Shown one piece after another: positions 17,551 to 20,000 of a DNA stretch of 20,000 bases. The notes under the pieces were generated by a model. The model was not told the DNA's origin and did no database searches. It saw only the letters and a program-made list of their open reading frames with translations. Position numbers and translations under genes: made by a program. Source of the DNA: an uncultured virus (IMG/VR IMGVR_UViG_3300045731_000049) (lineage: Duplodnaviria; Heunggongvirae; Uroviricota; Caudoviricetes); IMG/VR virus record IMGVR_UViG_3300045731_000049; one strand, written 5' to 3'. Numbering within the stretch: the stretch's first letter is position 1; each line of letters begins with the position of its first letter.

Positions 17551-17907
17551 ATGCACGATAACGACGAAGTAAATTGGTATCTAAAAGACCTTTCAAAATC
17601 ACCTGCGCACTTAAAACTCCTGGAATCGTCTCTTGGACGTCTATTAAAGCAAGCGGCGGCGCGAGCAGAAGACTGGCGGATGCTATGCACAGATAATCAG
17701 GCGACGCTTATCAGCGAATGGCTCTCACATTCCCTTGAAGCAGACGCCTCATGGCTAAAAAATCTCGATGATAATGGACGTATTCGTAAGCTTGTGAAAG
17801 CCAAATCAGTCGATAATCTAGAGAAAGAAGCCTTGAAGATACTAGAAAAATCGAACAGTTGTGTTGGAGATAGCACGCACTCTGAAATTCTTTCACTGAC
17901 AATGTAA
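17551..17907 (+). CDS. Truncated paralog with the N-terminal module only (copy 7; mini-protein or pseudogene)
   Basis: SSLGRLL...DWRMLCTDNQATLISEWL...WLKNLDDNGRIRKLVK aligns with copy 4 (TSLGRVL...SWRSLCTDAQAKHIADWL...WLKNIDALGRNKKML). It stops before the PcfJ core. Confidence 0.75.
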   Translation: MHDNDEVNWYLKDLSKSPAHLKLLESSLGRLLKQAAARAEDWRMLCTDNQATLISEWLSHSLEADASWLKNLDDNGRIRKLVKAKSVDNLEKEALKILEKSNSCVGDSTHSEILSLTM

Positions 17908-18070
17908 ATCGGTCGTATATTTTTCTATCTGTTTACCTGTCAATCTGCACCTTTACAGATATAAATTCATTAATCAGAATGGAAATGAAATAATCTATTA
18001 TCTGTTTTAATGAAAAAACAAGATATTTGGCGTACTAACAATCTTCTTTTATTGAAGACAGGAAATAATA

Positions 18071-18535
18071 TTGAAAGATTCAGAACGAACAGAACGGATT
18101 ATTGAACTTGAACGACAGATAGAAAGAGCGCGAAGCGAGTTACAGCAGCTGCATTCAAATGTCTCAATGGCGCAATCATCAGAAGGCTTCAGCCCAAAAT
18201 ATACGCAAGGTCCTTGGGACCTATTCCAAGTTGATGATCAATGCATGTCAATTTCCGGAGCTGGCGGAAGGAGCATCGTCAGCCAGGATTTGGACTTTTA
18301 CTTCTTCCCAGATGACGAAAATGCTATGGCCAACGCCTATCTAATTACCGCGTCGCCGGATTTATATGAAGCTCTCGTAAGCGCGAATTCTCAATTGAAA
18401 GCACTTTCTGCAAAATTTCTAAACACGGCATTTAATGACGAAAAAATAGAGGCAGCAATTGCAAAGGCTGAGGGTTTTAAAGGGGAAAATAGAAATAAGT
18501 ATTCGATCCGCTACGTATTCATGTCTCAGGATTAA
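18071..18535 (+). CDS. Phage-type hypothetical protein (TPGPW...ANAxLIAAAPDLxEAL family) with N-terminal coiled coil
   Basis: KYTQGPW and ANAYLITASPDLYEAL motifs; AGGA RBS with TTG start. Confidence 0.75.
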   Translation: MKDSERTERIIELERQIERARSELQQLHSNVSMAQSSEGFSPKYTQGPWDLFQVDDQCMSISGAGGRSIVSQDLDFYFFPDDENAMANAYLITASPDLYEALVSANSQLKALSAKFLNTAFNDEKIEAAIAKAEGFKGENRNKYSIRYVFMSQD

Positions 18536-18588
18536 CTAATTCCCATTGACTGAAATAATTAAATATAGCATTTAATGACGTAACAAGG

Positions 18589-19860
18589 ATGGCTTCAATG
18601 CAAAAATCTGTAACCTCACGTTCTTTTTTCAACGATATTGGCTTCGCACAATCTTGGAATACCGCTCGGGCTTTTGCTGGCGATACTGGGCGTGTTGCGA
18701 CCATGAAAGACATTGTCCAGGCTCGCGCTTCAAATGACACCAACAAGGAAGTCTGGAACCGATACTACACCACGACCTCTGCGGAATATATCGGTCTTTC
18801 GAAAGGCGGCGTGCCGCTTGCTGTCGTCACTCATGGCAATGGTCCGCTGCTCACGCCAGAAGATTGGACGAAGGCCTACGAGCAGGTTGAAGGTTTTCAT
18901 CCACAGCACAATGGTTACATCGACATTGCCAATTTTTATGAGCTCATCGATGGCAAGTTCGGTGATGTCTCTATTATCGACTTGTCGTCTTATGCACCGG
19001 GTGGAAATCGTAAATTCCGTGAATACCGCACGATTGATGAAGCACTTAACGATCCTTGGACGGTGGCACGCATGGGCAACGATCTTTCGTTGGCAGAATC
19101 TTATTTGCAGAAGATCATCGATTCTAGCATCATTGAAAACCCGCAAGGAGCAAGTGATATCATTTTCGCTCATGAGATTGGTCACGGTGCGCTATTGCCT
19201 TGCGGAGATGATTGGGAAAGCATCTGCATTCAGAAAACGCTTTCAAATGGTGAAAGGGAGCTAGCGGCGGCTCGTCTCCTTTCGATTTCGCAACTCTCCA
19301 ATATCCACGGTGTCGATAAACAAGGAAGAGTTGCTCTCCTGACAGAAATTGATCACCACGGCCGTTCTAATGGATCGCGCTTTGTTGGCATGCGTGGCAA
19401 TGCGCATTCGGATATCAACGAAGGCAGTGATGTCTCCGAACTTGCCCGCAACTCCCCTGAAAAGATCACTGTACACCACACAGGCGAAGAGAGCGGCAAA
19501 TTTGAGCAGCTCTTAGAGCATAGCGGCAAACTTTATGTCCAAACGCGGAAACATGGATGCATTATGGACAGTGGCTATCCACTGCATCATCTAAAATCAT
19601 CACGTAAGATTGCCGATGTCGTCAGCATTCACCTTGGAGATCCTGCAAGCCCATTCTTCTTCAAGTACGACAATGCAGACGTTGTAAATCACGCACCAGA
19701 GGGCGCTAATGCATTCTTGACCGTCTCAAAGCATCAAGATGATCGCGGCCAAGGCGTTGATGTCCAGTTCTACCAGATCGAGGCTGACTACCAGACACGC
19801 ATTCTCGGACGCGATGAGGTCTATGCCGATATCGATTTGCTTGTAAAGCTGGCAGCCTGA
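18589..19860 (+). CDS. Hypothetical protein (423 aa)
   Basis: Long ORF followed by a terminator. AAGGA near the start, with ATG 18598 as an alternative start. No family recognised with confidence. Confidence 0.8.
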   Translation: MASMQKSVTSRSFFNDIGFAQSWNTARAFAGDTGRVATMKDIVQARASNDTNKEVWNRYYTTTSAEYIGLSKGGVPLAVVTHGNGPLLTPEDWTKAYEQVEGFHPQHNGYIDIANFYELIDGKFGDVSIIDLSSYAPGGNRKFREYRTIDEALNDPWTVARMGNDLSLAESYLQKIIDSSIIENPQGASDIIFAHEIGHGALLPCGDDWESICIQKTLSNGERELAAARLLSISQLSNIHGVDKQGRVALLTEIDHHGRSNGSRFVGMRGNAHSDINEGSDVSELARNSPEKITVHHTGEESGKFEQLLEHSGKLYVQTRKHGCIMDSGYPLHHLKSSRKIADVVSIHLGDPASPFFFKYDNADVVNHAPEGANAFLTVSKHQDDRGQGVDVQFYQIEADYQTRILGRDEVYADIDLLVKLAA

Positions 19861-19906
19861 CAAACTGATAGTTTACCAACCTGATAAGTTAACATACCCC
19901 CCTATG

Positions 19907-19934
19907 GAGCCGCGCATTCAATGTGCGGCTCTTT
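19907..19934 (+). terminator. Intrinsic terminator
   Basis: GAGCCGCGCAT-TCA-ATGTGCGGCTC-TTT: 11-bp stem with one G-U pair. Confidence 0.7.
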
Positions 19935-20000
19935 CGCGAGCTATCCATGTATTTTGGCTATCAATTTTTCCTCTATTCATCGTCATTTTATAAACTTTTC

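Noticed and set aside
18713..19264. 183-aa alternative-frame ORF inside the 423-aa gene
   Set aside because: Fully nested, with Ser/Arg-rich off-frame composition and no motif.

Overview
Accessory region of a probable alphaproteobacterial megaplasmid or large phage-like element (inferred from a Rhizobiales-type sigma70 promoter, a HipBA module, phage-type hypothetical genes and no housekeeping genes). (1) A catalytically intact TnpB gene (590-1846, -) sits in a 1,359-bp transposase-less element with perfect 25-bp terminal inverted repeats and an 8-bp target-site duplication (CACCGCAG). These are DDE-transposon hallmarks, not the usual IS200/IS605/IS607 ends. The stop codon and predicted omega-RNA run into the TIR. 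(2) A defence-like islet has hipB-hipA divergent from a GmrSD-type DUF262/HNH/DUF4357-like nuclease, followed by a GNAT. (3) A ~9.2-kb tandem array (8695-17907) holds six full-length paralogs with a conserved N-terminal module, a PcfJ-like core and divergent LRR-like C-terminal repeats, plus a seventh N-terminus-only copy. A probable further family member ends at the left window edge. Small phage-type hypothetical genes and intrinsic terminators fill the rest. Family calls are by motif recognition only; no searches were run.
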